Translations under genes and position numbers: made by a program
Shown: one piece after another, positions 51,528 to 63,073 of the stretch
How positions within the stretch are numbered: position 1 is the first letter of the stretch
Layout of the letters: the number at the start of each line of letters is the position of its first letter
Source: an uncultured Desulfuromonas sp.
GTDB lineage: Bacteria; Desulfobacterota; Desulfuromonadia; Desulfuromonadales; Desulfuromonadaceae
DNA: 64,000 nt
Assembly: GCA_963666745.1 (NCBI GenBank)
Contig: OY762961.1
Coordinates: forward strand, 2,227,274 to 2,291,273
Direction: 5' to 3'
Notes under the pieces: generated by a model
Told to the model about the DNA's origin: nothing
What the model saw: only the letters and a program-made list of their open reading frames with translations
Database searches by the model: none

Positions 51528-52494
51528 GGTTTACTCCTTGTCCGCTTACGTCCAGACGACGAATCGCTCTTAAAACTGCACTACGTGAACGGGGATTCTC
51601 CGCAATCTCCGTTTCGCCAGCGCGAACGCCTCGCCGTGTCAACACTTCGACGTCGGCTTTCCTGCCACATGCACACATCGGCAGCCGTGGTGGACACACA
51701 CACGGTGAAGCACGATGTTTAAAAATATTTTTAACAATCCGGTCTTCGAGCGAATGAAAACTGATCACCGCCAGAACGCCACCGGGCTTTAGCAGATTGA
51801 TCCCCTGCTCAACCCCTCTGGCAACACTGTCCAACTCATCATTGACCCGAATACGTAACGCCTGAAACACCCGGGTCGCCGGATGAATACGCGCCGGGAC
51901 ATGTCCACCGGGCACACTGTCCTTCACCAGCTCGGCCAATTGCAATGTTGTGGCAATCGGCGCCTTGCGGCGAACCTGATCTATCCGCCTGGCAATTCTT
52001 CCAGCCCAACGTTCTTCGCCATATTTTTTAAAAATCAGTGTCAGCTCCTCAACGGATGCACTATTGATAATATCCGCTGCCGTTTCTCCTGCCTGCTGAT
52101 CCATGCGCATATCCAGGGGCGCATCAGCACGAAATGAAAAACCCCGTTCGGCCTGATCCAGCTGATAGGATGAGACGCCGAGATCCAGCAACATACCATC
52201 CAAACCGTCAATGCCCAACTCGTCAACCACACGATCAGCGTCAGCAAAATTGGCGTGACGTAAAATGACGCGATCGCCATAGACGGCCAGTTTTTCAGCT
52301 CCGTTGGCCAGAGCATCATGATCGCGATCAAGACCGATCAGCAGTCCATCCGGAGCCGTCGCCTCGAGAATCAGTCGCGAGTGCCCTGCTCCACCTAACG
52401 TCCCGTCAAGCACCGTATCTCCAGAATGAAGATCCAGTAAGGCCAGGGTTTCACCCGGCATGACCGACAAATGGACAAATCCGCCGTCTGCCAT
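51520..52494 (-). CDS. rsmH: 16S rRNA m4C1402 methyltransferase
   Basis: DGTLGGAGHS, DLGVSS, RGFSF, ISFHSLEDR, NPRSRSA. Confidence 0.98.
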   Translation of the reverse strand: MADGGFVHLSVMPGETLALLDLHSGDTVLDGTLGGAGHSRLILEATAPDGLLIGLDRDHDALANGAEKLAVYGDRVILRHANFADADRVVDELGIDGLDGMLLDLGVSSYQLDQAERGFSFRADAPLDMRMDQQAGETAADIINSASVEELTLIFKKYGEERWAGRIARRIDQVRRKAPIATTLQLAELVKDSVPGGHVPARIHPATRVFQALRIRVNDELDSVARGVEQGINLLKPGGVLAVISFHSLEDRIVKNIFKHRASPCVCPPRLPMCACGRKADVEVLTRRGVRAGETEIAENPRSRSAVLRAIRRLDVSGQGVNHD

Positions 52495-52937
52495 TAGAAG
52501 CCCAGGTCGCCGAGTTCGGCTTTCAGGGTTTCAAGCTGAGCTTCAGATTCCTGCATCTGCTCGTTGAAGCGTGCCTGACTCCACATCTCAATCTTGTTGG
52601 CCATGCCAACAACGACAATCTCCTTATCAAACATGGCCAAGCTGCGTAAAGACGGTGGAATCGCAATGCGGCCCTGACGATCAAAAGCGCAGTCAATCGC
52701 CGGGCTGATCCGGTTACGGTAAATCAGGTCTTTGGTATCGCCATTGGGCATGGCATCCACCCGAGCCTTGATCTTGGTCCACTCAGAGGTGGGATAGGCG
52801 ACCAGAGCATCTTTACGCCGGGTCACCACCAACTCTTCATCACCATAGACGTCCGTCAGCAATCCACGCATTTTCGCTGGAATGCTCAAACGTCCTTTCG
52901 GATCAATGTTGTTGAAGAATGTCCCGGAGAAACTCAT
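52494..52937 (-). CDS. mraZ: Division/cell-wall cluster transcriptional repressor MraZ
   Basis: IDPKGRLSIP and FDRQGRIAIP tandem SpoVT-AbrB motifs. Confidence 0.97.
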   Translation of the reverse strand: MSFSGTFFNNIDPKGRLSIPAKMRGLLTDVYGDEELVVTRRKDALVAYPTSEWTKIKARVDAMPNGDTKDLIYRNRISPAIDCAFDRQGRIAIPPSLRSLAMFDKEIVVVGMANKIEMWSQARFNEQMQESEAQLETLKAELGDLGF

Positions 52938-52987
52938 ACCGCCCCTTCCATGTCCCTTTTCCACACCTTTTTACACATACAGGGCAA

Positions 52988-53016
52988 AATATACCCCCTC
53001 TCTATAACACTGTCAA
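52988..53016 (-). promoter_or_regulatory. sigma70 promoter of the dcw cluster
   Basis: Minus strand TTGACA-17 nt-TATATT, upstream of mraZ. Confidence 0.8.
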
Positions 53017-53141
53017 GAAATTCAAAGTTTTTTATAAAAAGTTTGACACTCGGTCCTAATGGTTGATTTTTCGAGGAAAACAGTTTGCGTTCGGATGTTG
53101 TTTCGGCATGAAATGACGGGATTTCGACAGAAAAAAAGCAT

Positions 53142-53171
53142 AAAAAAACACCACCTGTTTTGGTGGTGTTT
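53142..53171 (-). terminator. Terminator downstream of the CNNM/HlyC gene
   Basis: AAACACCACC-tgtttt-GGTGGTGTTT stem with a minus-strand T-tract. Confidence 0.6.
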
Positions 53172-53337
53172 CAGCCCATTTATGGCAACCGGTCAAAAGC
53201 GACAAGTCACTTTTCTTTCCCGTTGAATTTAGCGGTGTCCAAACATCGAAGAGTAACGGTGTAAAAAATGGCCACAGACAAAACCGCAACATCTTGTTTA
53301 GGTGGCCATCTTTTATTTTTTTAAGTGGAGGGGGAGG

Positions 53338-54591
53338 TTATTTTTCAGGAACGGGCAAACTCAGCTCAATCTGATCAATCCGTTGCTGATCCACCTTGCG
53401 AGCAATCAGCGTAACGCCTTCAATTTCACACTGATCACCTTCCCGTGGAATTTGCCCCAGACAGCGCAACATCAATCCCGCAAGAGTCGTGGCATCTTCC
53501 TCCGACAAATGGAGACCAAGATGGCGATTAACCTGACGCAGGCCAACACCACCCTCGATCACAAACCGATTCGGTGTTACCGGCGTAATGCCTGAATCTT
53601 CCTGATCATACTCATCGCGAATCTCACCGACAATCTCTTCCAGGACATCTTCCAGTGTCACAATCCCCTCAACTCCGCCGTATTCATCGAGGACCACCGC
53701 CAGGTGGATGCGACGACGGCGAAAAGCCAGTAACAGCGCCTCAACCTGCTTGGCTTCAGGAACGAAGTAGGGACGACGCATCACCTCACGCATGTTGAAA
53801 TTGTGCGGGCAGTCAACAAAACGCAGCACGTCCTTGGAATGGATCACCCCCATGATATTATCAAGGGTATCCTTGTAGACCGGAAAACGGGAATGGGTCG
53901 ACTTTTTCACCTGATTGAGCAATTCCCGAAAAGGTGCATCAACCTCAACCCCTTTGACCTCGGTACGCGGAATCATCAGATCACGCACCCGCAATTGCGA
54001 CAGCTCAAAGACACCATCGAGCATCCGTCGTTGCTCACGGGCCAACGTTCCTGACTTGGCACCAATGGCGATCATGGTTTTGATTTCATCCGCCGACAGA
54101 ATCGACGCCGAAGAATCCACTTTGAACAAGCGGGTGATCAGACTGGACAAGCCTGTTACCAGCCAAATGACCGGAGAGAGTATCCACAAAATGGACCGAA
54201 TGGGACGCAGGACTCGAAATGACACCTGCTCGGCACGACGGGCGGCATAGGTTTTGGGACAAACTTCTGAAACAATCAGCAACACCGGTGTCAGGACAAG
54301 AATGGTTAACAGATCTCCATAATCGCCATACAGTTCGACAAAGAAGGTGGTGGCAAACACCGACAAGGCGATATTGACCAGATTGTTACCGACGAGGATT
54401 CCGCCAAGCAACCACTCAGGGTTATCAAGAAGCTGCTCCAACTCCTTGGCACCACGACGCTTTTTTTCCACCAAATACTTGACCCGCAGACGGTCAATGG
54501 CCAGCAACGCCGTCTCTGAGCCGGAAAAAAAGGCCGACATAATAAACAACACGCCCATCATCAACAGGCGATACCACTGGTCTTCCGTCAT
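53338..54591 (-). CDS. HlyC/CorC/CNNM-family transporter (DUF21-CBS-CorC)
   Basis: SAFFSGSETAL, EVCPKT, HSRFPVY, VVLDEYGG..GIVTLEDVLEEIVGEI. Confidence 0.93.
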   Translation of the reverse strand: MTEDQWYRLLMMGVLFIMSAFFSGSETALLAIDRLRVKYLVEKKRRGAKELEQLLDNPEWLLGGILVGNNLVNIALSVFATTFFVELYGDYGDLLTILVLTPVLLIVSEVCPKTYAARRAEQVSFRVLRPIRSILWILSPVIWLVTGLSSLITRLFKVDSSASILSADEIKTMIAIGAKSGTLAREQRRMLDGVFELSQLRVRDLMIPRTEVKGVEVDAPFRELLNQVKKSTHSRFPVYKDTLDNIMGVIHSKDVLRFVDCPHNFNMREVMRRPYFVPEAKQVEALLLAFRRRRIHLAVVLDEYGGVEGIVTLEDVLEEIVGEIRDEYDQEDSGITPVTPNRFVIEGGVGLRQVNRHLGLHLSEEDATTLAGLMLRCLGQIPREGDQCEIEGVTLIARKVDQQRIDQIELSLPVPEK

Positions 54592-54785
54592 GTTTCCCCA
54601 CACTGGCCCTCGCTTACGAGCCCATCATTTCATCAAAAAACGCGAAACAGCTTTCCTGCGGCCATCTTAGCCCAGGCCTGCGGGAAAAACAATTGACATA
54701 CGCCGGTCGAACCTCAACAATATCGACTTATTCTCGCACTCGCACACGATGAGCAAATCCAACCCCTTACCGCGATCATGACTCC

Positions 54786-56765
54786 ATGCTGACACAAGCC
54801 CAGAAAGACGCACTCAACCAGATGACGTTTGAGCACCTGACGTTACAGCGGCTGTTCAACCTACAGCAACAGCCGCAGAAGGTCACCGAACTGGACAATG
54901 ATCAGCTTGTCGAGTTTCTGACCATCGCCAACGCCCTGTATCGCGATGGCCAACCGTTGATATCAGACCATGACTATGACCACACCTTCCTCGCCGAACT
55001 GCAGAAACGACTGCCCAATCACCCGTTTCTGCACACGGTTGAACCGGAACCCGAGTTTAGTGGCAAAACAGTTGAGTTACCGGCCCGGATGCTGTCAACA
55101 GAGAAAGCCTATACGGACAAGGAGCTTGATGATTGGCTGAAACGGATCCATAAGGCGGCTGAAGAGATCGGTCTGGATATAAGCACCCTGCGCTTTCGGG
55201 TCACTCCCAAGCTCGATGGCTTCGCCGCCTATGATGATGGGGAACGCCTTTATACGCGCGGCGACGGTCGTCGCGGCACAGATATCACTCGCGCATTTGA
55301 ACGTGGTCTGGTGGTCGCAAACGGCCAACAACGTGGGCTCGGAGCCGGCGAAATTGTCGTTCAACGCAGCTACTTTGATAACAACCTGGCTCAGGACTAC
55401 GAAAATCCGCGAAACTTTCAGGCCAGCGTCGTCAAGGAAAAAGCCTTGGACCCGGCCGTTGAACAGGCCCTCAACAATCAGGCCGTTGTATTTTACCCAT
55501 TCGCCACGCTGCCGGAACAGGTGCTCTCAGCGGACCAGCTGTTGTCATCACTCAGCGAAATCAGTCAACGACTGCATGACAGCCTGGATTACGACATGGA
55601 CGGCATCGTCATTGAAATAACCAACGACGAACTGAAAACCTACATGGGGGCCACCCGCCATCACCATCGCTGGCAGATTGCGTTCAAACAAAATCTGGAA
55701 AAAGCCGAGGTCAAAGTGCTGCACGTCATTCCACAAACCTCTCGTTCCGGTCGCGTCAATCCGGTAGCCGAGGTGCAACCGACACGACTCAGCGGAGCCC
55801 TGATTCAACGCGCCACAGCTCATCATTACGGTATGGTGCGCGACAAGGGGATTGGTCCGCATGCCATCATCGAACTGACCCGTAGCGGCGAGGTGATTCC
55901 AAAGATCGTCGATGTCCTTACGCCGGTAGAACCACAAATCCCCGCGACCTGTCCAAGTTGTGGCAGTGATCTGTTTTGGGATAGTGATTATCTCTATTGC
56001 CCGAACAACACGGGTTGTCCGGCTCAGATCACCCATACCATCGAACACTTTTTTCGCACCTTGGGCAACATCGATGGCTTTGGCCCGGCAACCATTGACA
56101 GGCTCTTTGAAAACAACATCCGCAGCATTGATGAAATCTACGCCTTGCGAAGTGAACAACTCGAAGCGATGGGTTTTGGTCCTAAACAATCGGAAAACCT
56201 GGTCAACGAGCTGTTGCGCAGCCGTCATGAAACCATAGAAGACTGGCGTTTTCTGGCTGCCTTTGGTGTCTTTCGCATGGGCGGTGGCAACTGTGAACGG
56301 TTGTTAGCTCATCACCGACTAGAGGAGATCTTTGCCCTTAGCGAGGAACAAATTGTTTCGATAGAAGGTTTTGCCGAAAAAACAGCTGAAGTGGTCGTAA
56401 AAGGATTTGCCCGAATCCGGCCCCTGTTTGAGCAATTGCAAACCCTGGAGTTCAACCTGCAACGCACTCCCCTGCTCAGGGAGCTGCAAGCCAGCGGAGA
56501 ACGAAGTCCTGTTGCCGGTAAGCTGCTGGTCTTTACCGGAAGCATGATCCACGGCAGCCGTGATGACATGCAGGCGGAGGCCAAAAAACTTGGCGCCAAG
56601 GTTGGCTCATCCGTGACAGGAAAGACCGACTATCTGATTACCGGAGAAAAAGTTGGCGCCAGTAAACTCAATGCCGCGACAAGTAAAGGGGTGGAAATTC
56701 TTACAGAACAACAGTACCTTGAACTGATTGGAGCGAGCAGTACATCTAAAAGGGAGGACGTATGA
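54786..56765 (+). CDS. NAD+-dependent DNA ligase-like protein (divergent LigA family)
   Basis: YRDGQPLISDHDYD, PKLDG, TRGDG, NPRN, DGIVI, RSGEVIP, CPSC..C..C zinc finger, HhH repeats, BRCT (TGKTDYLITGEKVG). Confidence 0.85.
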   Translation: MLTQAQKDALNQMTFEHLTLQRLFNLQQQPQKVTELDNDQLVEFLTIANALYRDGQPLISDHDYDHTFLAELQKRLPNHPFLHTVEPEPEFSGKTVELPARMLSTEKAYTDKELDDWLKRIHKAAEEIGLDISTLRFRVTPKLDGFAAYDDGERLYTRGDGRRGTDITRAFERGLVVANGQQRGLGAGEIVVQRSYFDNNLAQDYENPRNFQASVVKEKALDPAVEQALNNQAVVFYPFATLPEQVLSADQLLSSLSEISQRLHDSLDYDMDGIVIEITNDELKTYMGATRHHHRWQIAFKQNLEKAEVKVLHVIPQTSRSGRVNPVAEVQPTRLSGALIQRATAHHYGMVRDKGIGPHAIIELTRSGEVIPKIVDVLTPVEPQIPATCPSCGSDLFWDSDYLYCPNNTGCPAQITHTIEHFFRTLGNIDGFGPATIDRLFENNIRSIDEIYALRSEQLEAMGFGPKQSENLVNELLRSRHETIEDWRFLAAFGVFRMGGGNCERLLAHHRLEEIFALSEEQIVSIEGFAEKTAEVVVKGFARIRPLFEQLQTLEFNLQRTPLLRELQASGERSPVAGKLLVFTGSMIHGSRDDMQAEAKKLGAKVGSSVTGKTDYLITGEKVGASKLNAATSKGVEILTEQQYLELIGASSTSKREDV

Positions 56766-57040
56766 ATCTCATCCGTGCAACATTACGCATTTCCGGACGG
56801 GTTCAAGGTGTCGGCTACCGTAACTTTGTCCAGCAAAGCGCTAAGGCCTTTGCCTTAACCGGCTGGGCGCGAAACTGTTCTGACGGCGATGTTGAAGTGG
56901 TCGTTGAAGGCGAGGAAGGGGACATTCGTCACCTGATCAATTGCTGCCAACAAGGTCCCTCTCATGCCAAGGTCGACAAAGTCAACATGAGCCTGTCTGC
57001 ACATACCGGAGAATTCAGCAGCTTTAGCGTCCGCTACTGA
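56762..57040 (+). CDS. acyP: Acylphosphatase
   Basis: GRVQGVGYR, GWARNCSDGDVE, GPSHAKV. Confidence 0.95.
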   Translation: MNLIRATLRISGRVQGVGYRNFVQQSAKAFALTGWARNCSDGDVEVVVEGEEGDIRHLINCCQQGPSHAKVDKVNMSLSAHTGEFSSFSVRY

Positions 57041-57897
57041 TCGTTCAGCAGCCCCTGGTCCTTGAGTTGCACAGCAAGTGCGTAGACGTCACTGCCACTG
57101 ACGCCATGCAACTTAGCAACCTGCTTGGCCACAGCTTTCATCGGCTTGTCCGCATCACGCAAGGCACGCAGCAAAGACTCTTCAACACTCTCCTCAATGG
57201 GCTGAGCTTCAGCCGGGGCCAACAACACCACGATTTCACCACGCACTTTGCCCTGCGAAAAATGCTCCAACACCTCGGATGCGGTGCCAGCTATGCGCTC
57301 TTCGTGGAGCTTGGTCAACTCCCGCACCACAACAACCTGACGCTCTTCGCCCAACACCTCGACAAGATCTTGCAGGCAGCTGATCAAACGATGAGGCGCC
57401 TCATAAAATACCGTCGTGCGTCCTTCGTCTGTAAAATGTTGCAACGCCTGTCTCCTCGCCTGCTGTCGGGGCGGGAGAAAACCCTCAAAACAGAAACGGT
57501 CTGTCGGCAGACCGGCCATGGATAAGGCGGCAACACAGGCACTGGCACCCGGCACGGGGTGGACAACAATACCAGCTTCACAGCAGCGCTGCACCAGCAG
57601 GCTGCCCGGATCGGAGATGGCCGGGGTTCCGGCATCACTGATCAGGGCGATATTGTCTCCACGCTGCAGGCGTTCTATCAGATAATCTCCCTTGCGTGCC
57701 TCATTGTGCTCAAAACAGGAGGTTAAAGGGGTATCAATTCCGAAATGGGTGCACAACCGTCGACTGTGCCGCGTGTCTTCGGCGGCAATCAGCGCCACCT
57801 CTTTGAGCACCCGAATAGCTCGAAAGGTGATATCTTCCAAGTTGCCGATGGGTGTTGCCACCACATAGAGAACACCACAGCCTGAAGTCTCAGACAT
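57034..57897 (-). CDS. rsmI: 16S rRNA Cm1402 2'-O-methyltransferase
   Basis: [41 protein letters not shown]. Confidence 0.97.
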   Translation of the reverse strand: MSETSGCGVLYVVATPIGNLEDITFRAIRVLKEVALIAAEDTRHSRRLCTHFGIDTPLTSCFEHNEARKGDYLIERLQRGDNIALISDAGTPAISDPGSLLVQRCCEAGIVVHPVPGASACVAALSMAGLPTDRFCFEGFLPPRQQARRQALQHFTDEGRTTVFYEAPHRLISCLQDLVEVLGEERQVVVVRELTKLHEERIAGTASEVLEHFSQGKVRGEIVVLLAPAEAQPIEESVEESLLRALRDADKPMKAVAKQVAKLHGVSGSDVYALAVQLKDQGLLNDQ

Positions 57898-59848
57898 GCA
57901 ATCCCTCCAGCTCATCCAACCACAATTGAACGCAGGCATCACTGGGCATTCGCCAATCACCTCGCGGCGACAGGGCGACACTCCCGACTTTGGGACCGTC
58001 AGGCAGGCAAGAGCGTTTGAATTGCTGAGAGAAGAAGCGCCGATAAAACACCTCTAACCAGCGAAGCAATGTCGCATCATCGTAACGCTCACCAAAAGCC
58101 TGCCGAGCGAGGAAAAGGACTTTACGTGGGGCAAACTGATGGCGAACGACCTGAAACAGGTAAAAGTCATGCAGCTCATAAGGGCCAACATGATCTTCAG
58201 TGACCTGACTGATTTCACCCGACGCATCCGGAGGCAACAGCTCCGGCGAAACCGGCGTGGCACAGATATCTTCAAGGACACGACCTGTCTCGCCACAGAA
58301 ACTGGTTTGCGCACACCAGGAAACCAGATAACGCACCAGGGTTTTTGGCACGCCGCAGTTCACACCATACATGGACATGTGATCGGCGTTGTACGTGCAC
58401 CAGCCAAGGGCCAGTTCCGACAAATCGCCGGTGCCAATGACAATACCGCCCACCTGATTGGCGAGGTCCATAAGCAGCTGGGTACGTTCACGCGCCTGGC
58501 TGTTTTCGTACGTGATATCATGCACAGATTCATCGTGACCGATATCGGAAAAATGCTGCCGGACTGCCGCATCAATTGAGATCACCCGGCACTGGGCGCC
58601 GAGCAGATCAATCAACGTCTCAGCATTACTGCGGGTTCGAGTTGTCGTTCCGAAACCGGGCATGGTAACAGCAAGAATCCCTTTAACATCCAGACCGAGC
58701 TTGGCAAAGGCCTTGACGGTCACCAGTAGCGCCAAGGTCGAATCAAGACCGCCGGAAATTCCGATGACCACCTGGCGGGCACCGATATGATTGAGCCGCT
58801 TGGCTAACGCCGTGGTCTGCAACGAGAAAATTTCTTCACAGCGCTGATCGCGTTCAGCCGGATTGTCGGGAACAAAAGGATGGCACGACACCGGGCGCTT
58901 CAATGGCGTATGGGCATGTTCCGCACAATTGAATTCAATTACACGATAACTCTGCTGGGCGGCACTGGCAGCAAAACTGTTGTTTTTGTGGCGCTCATTA
59001 TAAAGACGATCAATATCCACATCGCAGATCGCCAGCTGTGTCGCAAAACTGAAGCGCTCCGTCTCAGCCAACAGCTGACCGTTTTCAGCGATCAGGGAAT
59101 GGCCGGAAAAAACCAGATCGGTGCTGGATTCTCCAGGACCGGCCGAGGCATAGGCATAAGCAGCCAGACAACGTGCCGATTGCGACTGCACCAGTTGACG
59201 ACGATAATCCTGTTTGCCGAGGATTTCCGGACTGGCCGACAGATTGACCAGGACTGTCGCTCCAGCCACGGCCATCTGACCACTGGGCGGATTGGCCACC
59301 CAGCCGTCTTCACAAATCTCGACACCAAGAACACAGCCCGGCAGGTCAAGCTGACGGAACAGCAGATCGTCTCCGAATGGCACAACTTCACCACACAGGG
59401 AAATCTCGTCCGCGGTACGATCCTGAGCAGCGGAAAACCAACGCTCCTCGTAGAACTCCTGCGTATTGGGAAGAAATGTTTTAGGCACAACCCCCAGAAT
59501 CTCTCCACCACTGATGACCACAGCGCAATTAAACAAGCGGCCGCCCTGGGCAATCGGAGCACCGACGATCAGGATCATCTGCTCGTGGCTGGTCAGCTTC
59601 TTTAGATCACCAAGCACCTGGCGAGTCCGTTCCAGCAAAATCGACTGAAAAAACAAGTCGCCACAACCGTAACCGGTCAAACACAATTCAGGGAAAACGA
59701 CACAATGGCAGCCCTGTTTTCTAGCTCGTAACGCAGCGGAAGCAATCTGCTCGGCGTTGAATTCCAGGTCGGCAATACGGTGTTCAACGGAAGCCACAGC
59801 CAGACGGAAATAGCCATAGCTGGCAATTTGTGTTTTTTTCATACTCAT
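57890..59848 (-). CDS. nadE: Glutamine-dependent NAD+ synthetase
   Basis: Nitrilase-type domain ([14 protein letters not shown]) fused to SGGLDS, NSQARER, GTGDLSE. Confidence 0.97.
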   Translation of the reverse strand: MSMKKTQIASYGYFRLAVASVEHRIADLEFNAEQIASAALRARKQGCHCVVFPELCLTGYGCGDLFFQSILLERTRQVLGDLKKLTSHEQMILIVGAPIAQGGRLFNCAVVISGGEILGVVPKTFLPNTQEFYEERWFSAAQDRTADEISLCGEVVPFGDDLLFRQLDLPGCVLGVEICEDGWVANPPSGQMAVAGATVLVNLSASPEILGKQDYRRQLVQSQSARCLAAYAYASAGPGESSTDLVFSGHSLIAENGQLLAETERFSFATQLAICDVDIDRLYNERHKNNSFAASAAQQSYRVIEFNCAEHAHTPLKRPVSCHPFVPDNPAERDQRCEEIFSLQTTALAKRLNHIGARQVVIGISGGLDSTLALLVTVKAFAKLGLDVKGILAVTMPGFGTTTRTRSNAETLIDLLGAQCRVISIDAAVRQHFSDIGHDESVHDITYENSQARERTQLLMDLANQVGGIVIGTGDLSELALGWCTYNADHMSMYGVNCGVPKTLVRYLVSWCAQTSFCGETGRVLEDICATPVSPELLPPDASGEISQVTEDHVGPYELHDFYLFQVVRHQFAPRKVLFLARQAFGERYDDATLLRWLEVFYRRFFSQQFKRSCLPDGPKVGSVALSPRGDWRMPSDACVQLWLDELEGLHV

Positions 59849-59862
59849 TTCCTGCGTGATGG

Positions 59863-60228
59863 TTAACTCGCTTCAAACGCATCGACAATATGGTCAATCT
59901 GCGTTCTCTCGCCATCCACGTCGACGGCAATGACATCGAATCGCAACGTCTGCATTGACGGCTGCTGGGTCATCAGATAATGGTTGGCCGTTGCAATGAT
60001 CTGTTGCTGCTTACGCGGCGTCACAGCCTCTTGTGGAGCTCCAAAGCAACGTCCCCTCCGGGTTTTCACCTCAACAAAGGCCAATATTTTTCCTCGCTGA
60101 GCAATCAGATCAATCTCACCATGGCGACAACGATAATTGGTCGCAACGATTCGATAAAGACGTCGGCGCAAATAGCGTGCGGCCTGCTGTTCTCCCCAGC
60201 GACCAAGGCTGAGCCGATCCTCGGTCAC
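59863..60228 (-). CDS. yraN: YraN-family endonuclease-like protein
   Basis: GRWGEQQA...GEIDLIA...FVEVKTR...RFDV; GTG start overlaps the rnhB stop. Confidence 0.92.
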   Translation of the reverse strand: MTEDRLSLGRWGEQQAARYLRRRLYRIVATNYRCRHGEIDLIAQRGKILAFVEVKTRRGRCFGAPQEAVTPRKQQQIIATANHYLMTQQPSMQTLRFDVIAVDVDGERTQIDHIVDAFEAS

Positions 60229-60857
60229 AGATACTCCCGCACACCAGAAAATGTTTTGCGATGAATGGGACAAGGTCCATGATCAGCGATCAGCGCCCGG
60301 TGCTTGGCGCTGCCATAACCTTTATGCCCTTCAAAGCCGTATTGGGGATAACGCAACGCGTAAACCTTCATCATTCGATCACGAACCACCTTGGCGATCA
60401 CTGAGGCGGCGGCCACGGAAAGGGAACGGGAATCGCCCTTTTTGATGGTCTGCTGCTCAATCGCCAAAGGCAGTGGAGTAATGCCATCAATCAACAGATG
60501 CTCTGGAGTGATTTTGAGCCTTGCCACAGCCCGGCACATGGACTGCACAGTGGCCTGCAGGATATTGATATCATCAATCTCTTCGGCATGAGCAAAACCG
60601 ACACCGACGGCCAAAGCCTGTTGCCGAATCGGCTTGAATAACTGTTCCCGTTTTCTTTCCGTGAGTTTTTTTGAATCGGTCAAGCCGGGAAGATCAAAGT
60701 GCTCCGGAAGAATCACGGCAGCAGCGACAACCGGTCCGGCTAACGGACCACGACCGGCTTCATCAATACCGGCCACCAGAGTCGTTCCCTGTTGACGTAA
60801 TTTTCGTTCAAAGTAGGTTGGATCGATAACATCGTCATCAAATAACGATAAGGTCAC
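60225..60857 (-). CDS. rnhB: Ribonuclease HII
   Basis: GIDEAGRGPLAGPV, DSKKL, AAASVIAKV. Confidence 0.98.
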   Translation of the reverse strand: MTLSLFDDDVIDPTYFERKLRQQGTTLVAGIDEAGRGPLAGPVVAAAVILPEHFDLPGLTDSKKLTERKREQLFKPIRQQALAVGVGFAHAEEIDDINILQATVQSMCRAVARLKITPEHLLIDGITPLPLAIEQQTIKKGDSRSLSVAAASVIAKVVRDRMMKVYALRYPQYGFEGHKGYGSAKHRALIADHGPCPIHRKTFSGVREYL

Positions 60858-61081
60858 GTTTCAACTCCCTGGCAAAGATACGCATTTCATTGAAAAAACA
60901 GTATAGGCCAGACGAATCAAAACCGCTAAGGAATAAATATTGAGGCAGGAAGGGCGAGTGAAAAGTCTCTCACTACCACAGGAAATGGCAGCGAGAAAAA
61001 AGGAAGTCCAGACACGTCGGTCGCGTTGCAAGGTTCTGAATTCGTCTACATTCAAACCCTGGCGAGCAGAATCGCAGCGGT

Positions 61082-61120
61082 AAAAAAAGCTCCTGCAAGG
61101 ACACACCTTGCAGGAGCTTT
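61082..61120 (-). terminator. Terminator after rplS
   Basis: AAAGCTCCTGCAAGG-acaca-CCTTGCAGGAGCTTT; T-tract on the minus strand. Confidence 0.85.
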
Positions 61121-61125
61121 CAGAA

Positions 61126-61476
61126 CTAGTTCTGGCGGACTTCGCGGATACGAGCCGCTTTGCCCTGAAGTTGACGCAGGTAGTACAGCTTGGCGCGGCG
61201 AACACGACCAACGGTAACTACCTCAATCTTGTCGACCATCGGTGAATGAAGCGGGAAAATACGCTCTACACCCATACCGCTGGAAATTTTACGCACGGTG
61301 AACGTGGAACCAATGCCACGGTTGACGCGCTTGATGCAGACACCTTGATAGACCTGGATGCGCTGTTTGTCACCCTCAACAATTTTTACGTGAACGCGCA
61401 GCGTATCGCCCGCTTTAAATTGGGGGATATCCTGTTTCATCTGCTCGTTGCCAATTTGTTCAACAATGTTCATCAT
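61126..61476 (-). CDS. rplS: 50S ribosomal protein L19
   Basis: [27 protein letters not shown]. Confidence 0.98.
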   Translation of the reverse strand: MMNIVEQIGNEQMKQDIPQFKAGDTLRVHVKIVEGDKQRIQVYQGVCIKRVNRGIGSTFTVRKISSGMGVERIFPLHSPMVDKIEVVTVGRVRRAKLYYLRQLQGKAARIREVRQN

Positions 61477-61500
61477 TGCCTCCTTGTTTATCTGTAAGAC

Positions 61501-62259
61501 TTAGCTGTTTAATTTATCATCTTTTTTGTGACCCAACTGTTGCTGAAGGCGTTCAAGCTCTTCGCGATCCTGCTGCGTCAACGTGACGTGTTCCAACAAA
61601 TCCGGTCGGCGTTGTAACGTCCGAAGCAACTGCTGACTTCGGCGCCAGGCAGCGATTCGAGCGTGGTCACCGGACAACAATACTTCAGGAACTCTACGTC
61701 CATCAAACTCCACCGGACGCGTGTAATGAGGATATTCGAGCAAGCCATCGGAAAACGAATCCGCCTCAGCGCTGCCCTCGTTCCCTAAAACGCCAGGGAC
61801 AAGACGCGCCACCGCATCAATAAGAACCATGGCCGGAAGCTCACCACCAGTCAACACAAAGTCGCCAATGGAGTATTCCTCATCGACATAGCTGCGCACG
61901 CGCTCGTCAAACCCCTCATACCGACCACAGAGGAAAATAAGGCTTTCCTCCTGAGCCAGCTCTTCAGCACGCCGTTGGGTAAAGCGTTGTCCCTGAGGGG
62001 ACATCATCAACACGCGAGCCCGAGGGTGCTGTTGCTTGAGACTGTCAATGGCACGGCACAAAGGTTCCGGTTTCATCACCATCCCCTCGCCGCCCCCATA
62101 TGGGGAGTCATCAGTGACCTGATGACGACCTTCGGCCCAATCACGCAAAGAGTGCGCCGTGATACGGACCAGTCCTTTTGCAACAGCTTTACCGATAATA
62201 CTACCGGCAAACGGAGATTCAAACATCTCCGGAAATAATGTCACAACTTCGAAGTTCAT
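61501..62259 (-). CDS. trmD: tRNA (guanine-N1)-methyltransferase
   Basis: [33 protein letters not shown]. Confidence 0.98.
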   Translation of the reverse strand: MNFEVVTLFPEMFESPFAGSIIGKAVAKGLVRITAHSLRDWAEGRHQVTDDSPYGGGEGMVMKPEPLCRAIDSLKQQHPRARVLMMSPQGQRFTQRRAEELAQEESLIFLCGRYEGFDERVRSYVDEEYSIGDFVLTGGELPAMVLIDAVARLVPGVLGNEGSAEADSFSDGLLEYPHYTRPVEFDGRRVPEVLLSGDHARIAAWRRSQQLLRTLQRRPDLLEHVTLTQQDREELERLQQQLGHKKDDKLNS

Positions 62260-62786
62260 CCGTTGACCTCGACCAACCCTTCCGGCAGATCAACATGCAT
62301 GATACCCTGCTCGAGATCAATGCTGTCTATCAGGGCGTCTACTGCCGGAAACATCACTTCACCATGAGGTCCCTGTACCACATAAACATCATGGCCTCCG
62401 GTTTCGAGAAGCGACGTCAGAACTCCAAGCAATCCAACCTGCTTGTCCACCACCTGTAACCCTTCAAGTTGGTGCCAGTACAGGCTGTCTTCCTCCAGGT
62501 CAGGCAGCTCATCGTAGGCCATATAAACTTCAGCGCCAACAAACGACTCAACCTTATTAATATGCTCAAAGCCTTTAAGCACCAACAAAACAAACTGTTT
62601 ATGCCAGGAGCTTTTTTGCACATCAGCAACAACGCGATGTTGGTCCCGACAGACCAACTCAATCCGTGATGCGCCGACTAAAGCCCGTGACCCGGAAGTC
62701 AGCGGACGTATTTTCAAATCTCCACGCAGACCATGAGTTCCAATAATCGTTCCAACGTGGAACAAGTCGCGAGAAGGAGAGCTCAC
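62256..62786 (-). CDS. rimM: Ribosome maturation factor RimM
   Basis: [28 protein letters not shown]. Confidence 0.95.
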   Translation of the reverse strand: MSSPSRDLFHVGTIIGTHGLRGDLKIRPLTSGSRALVGASRIELVCRDQHRVVADVQKSSWHKQFVLLVLKGFEHINKVESFVGAEVYMAYDELPDLEEDSLYWHQLEGLQVVDKQVGLLGVLTSLLETGGHDVYVVQGPHGEVMFPAVDALIDSIDLEQGIMHVDLPEGLVEVNG

Positions 62787-62803
62787 AATAAAAACCTGTG
62801 TGC

Positions 62804-63073
62804 TTATTCAGCAGTCTTTTGAGCGAATTTTGCCCAGATACCTTCTTTGCGCATCAGCTGCAGAACAGTTTCGGACGGCTTGGCGCCCTTGTTCAACCAT
62901 GCCAGAGCACGTTCCTCATTGATTGTAACGGCTTTCGGCTCAACACAGGGATTGTACTGACCAAGATTCTCAATGTAACGGCCATCACGAGGGCAACGCT
63001 CATCGGCAACAACAATCTGGTAAAACGGTTTCTTCTTAGCACCACCACGGGCCAATCTGATTTTTACGGACAT
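62804..63073 (-). CDS. rpsP: 30S ribosomal protein S16
   Basis: [22 protein letters not shown]...PRDGRYIE. Confidence 0.98.
   Translation of the reverse strand: MSVKIRLARGGAKKKPFYQIVVADERCPRDGRYIENLGQYNPCVEPKAVTINEERALAWLNKGAKPSETVLQLMRKEGIWAKFAQKTAE

Noticed and set aside
52940-52985. MraZ binding boxes upstream of mraZ
   Set aside because: The region is G-rich on the coding strand, but clean 10-bp-periodic TGGG/GTGG repeats are not evident by eye.
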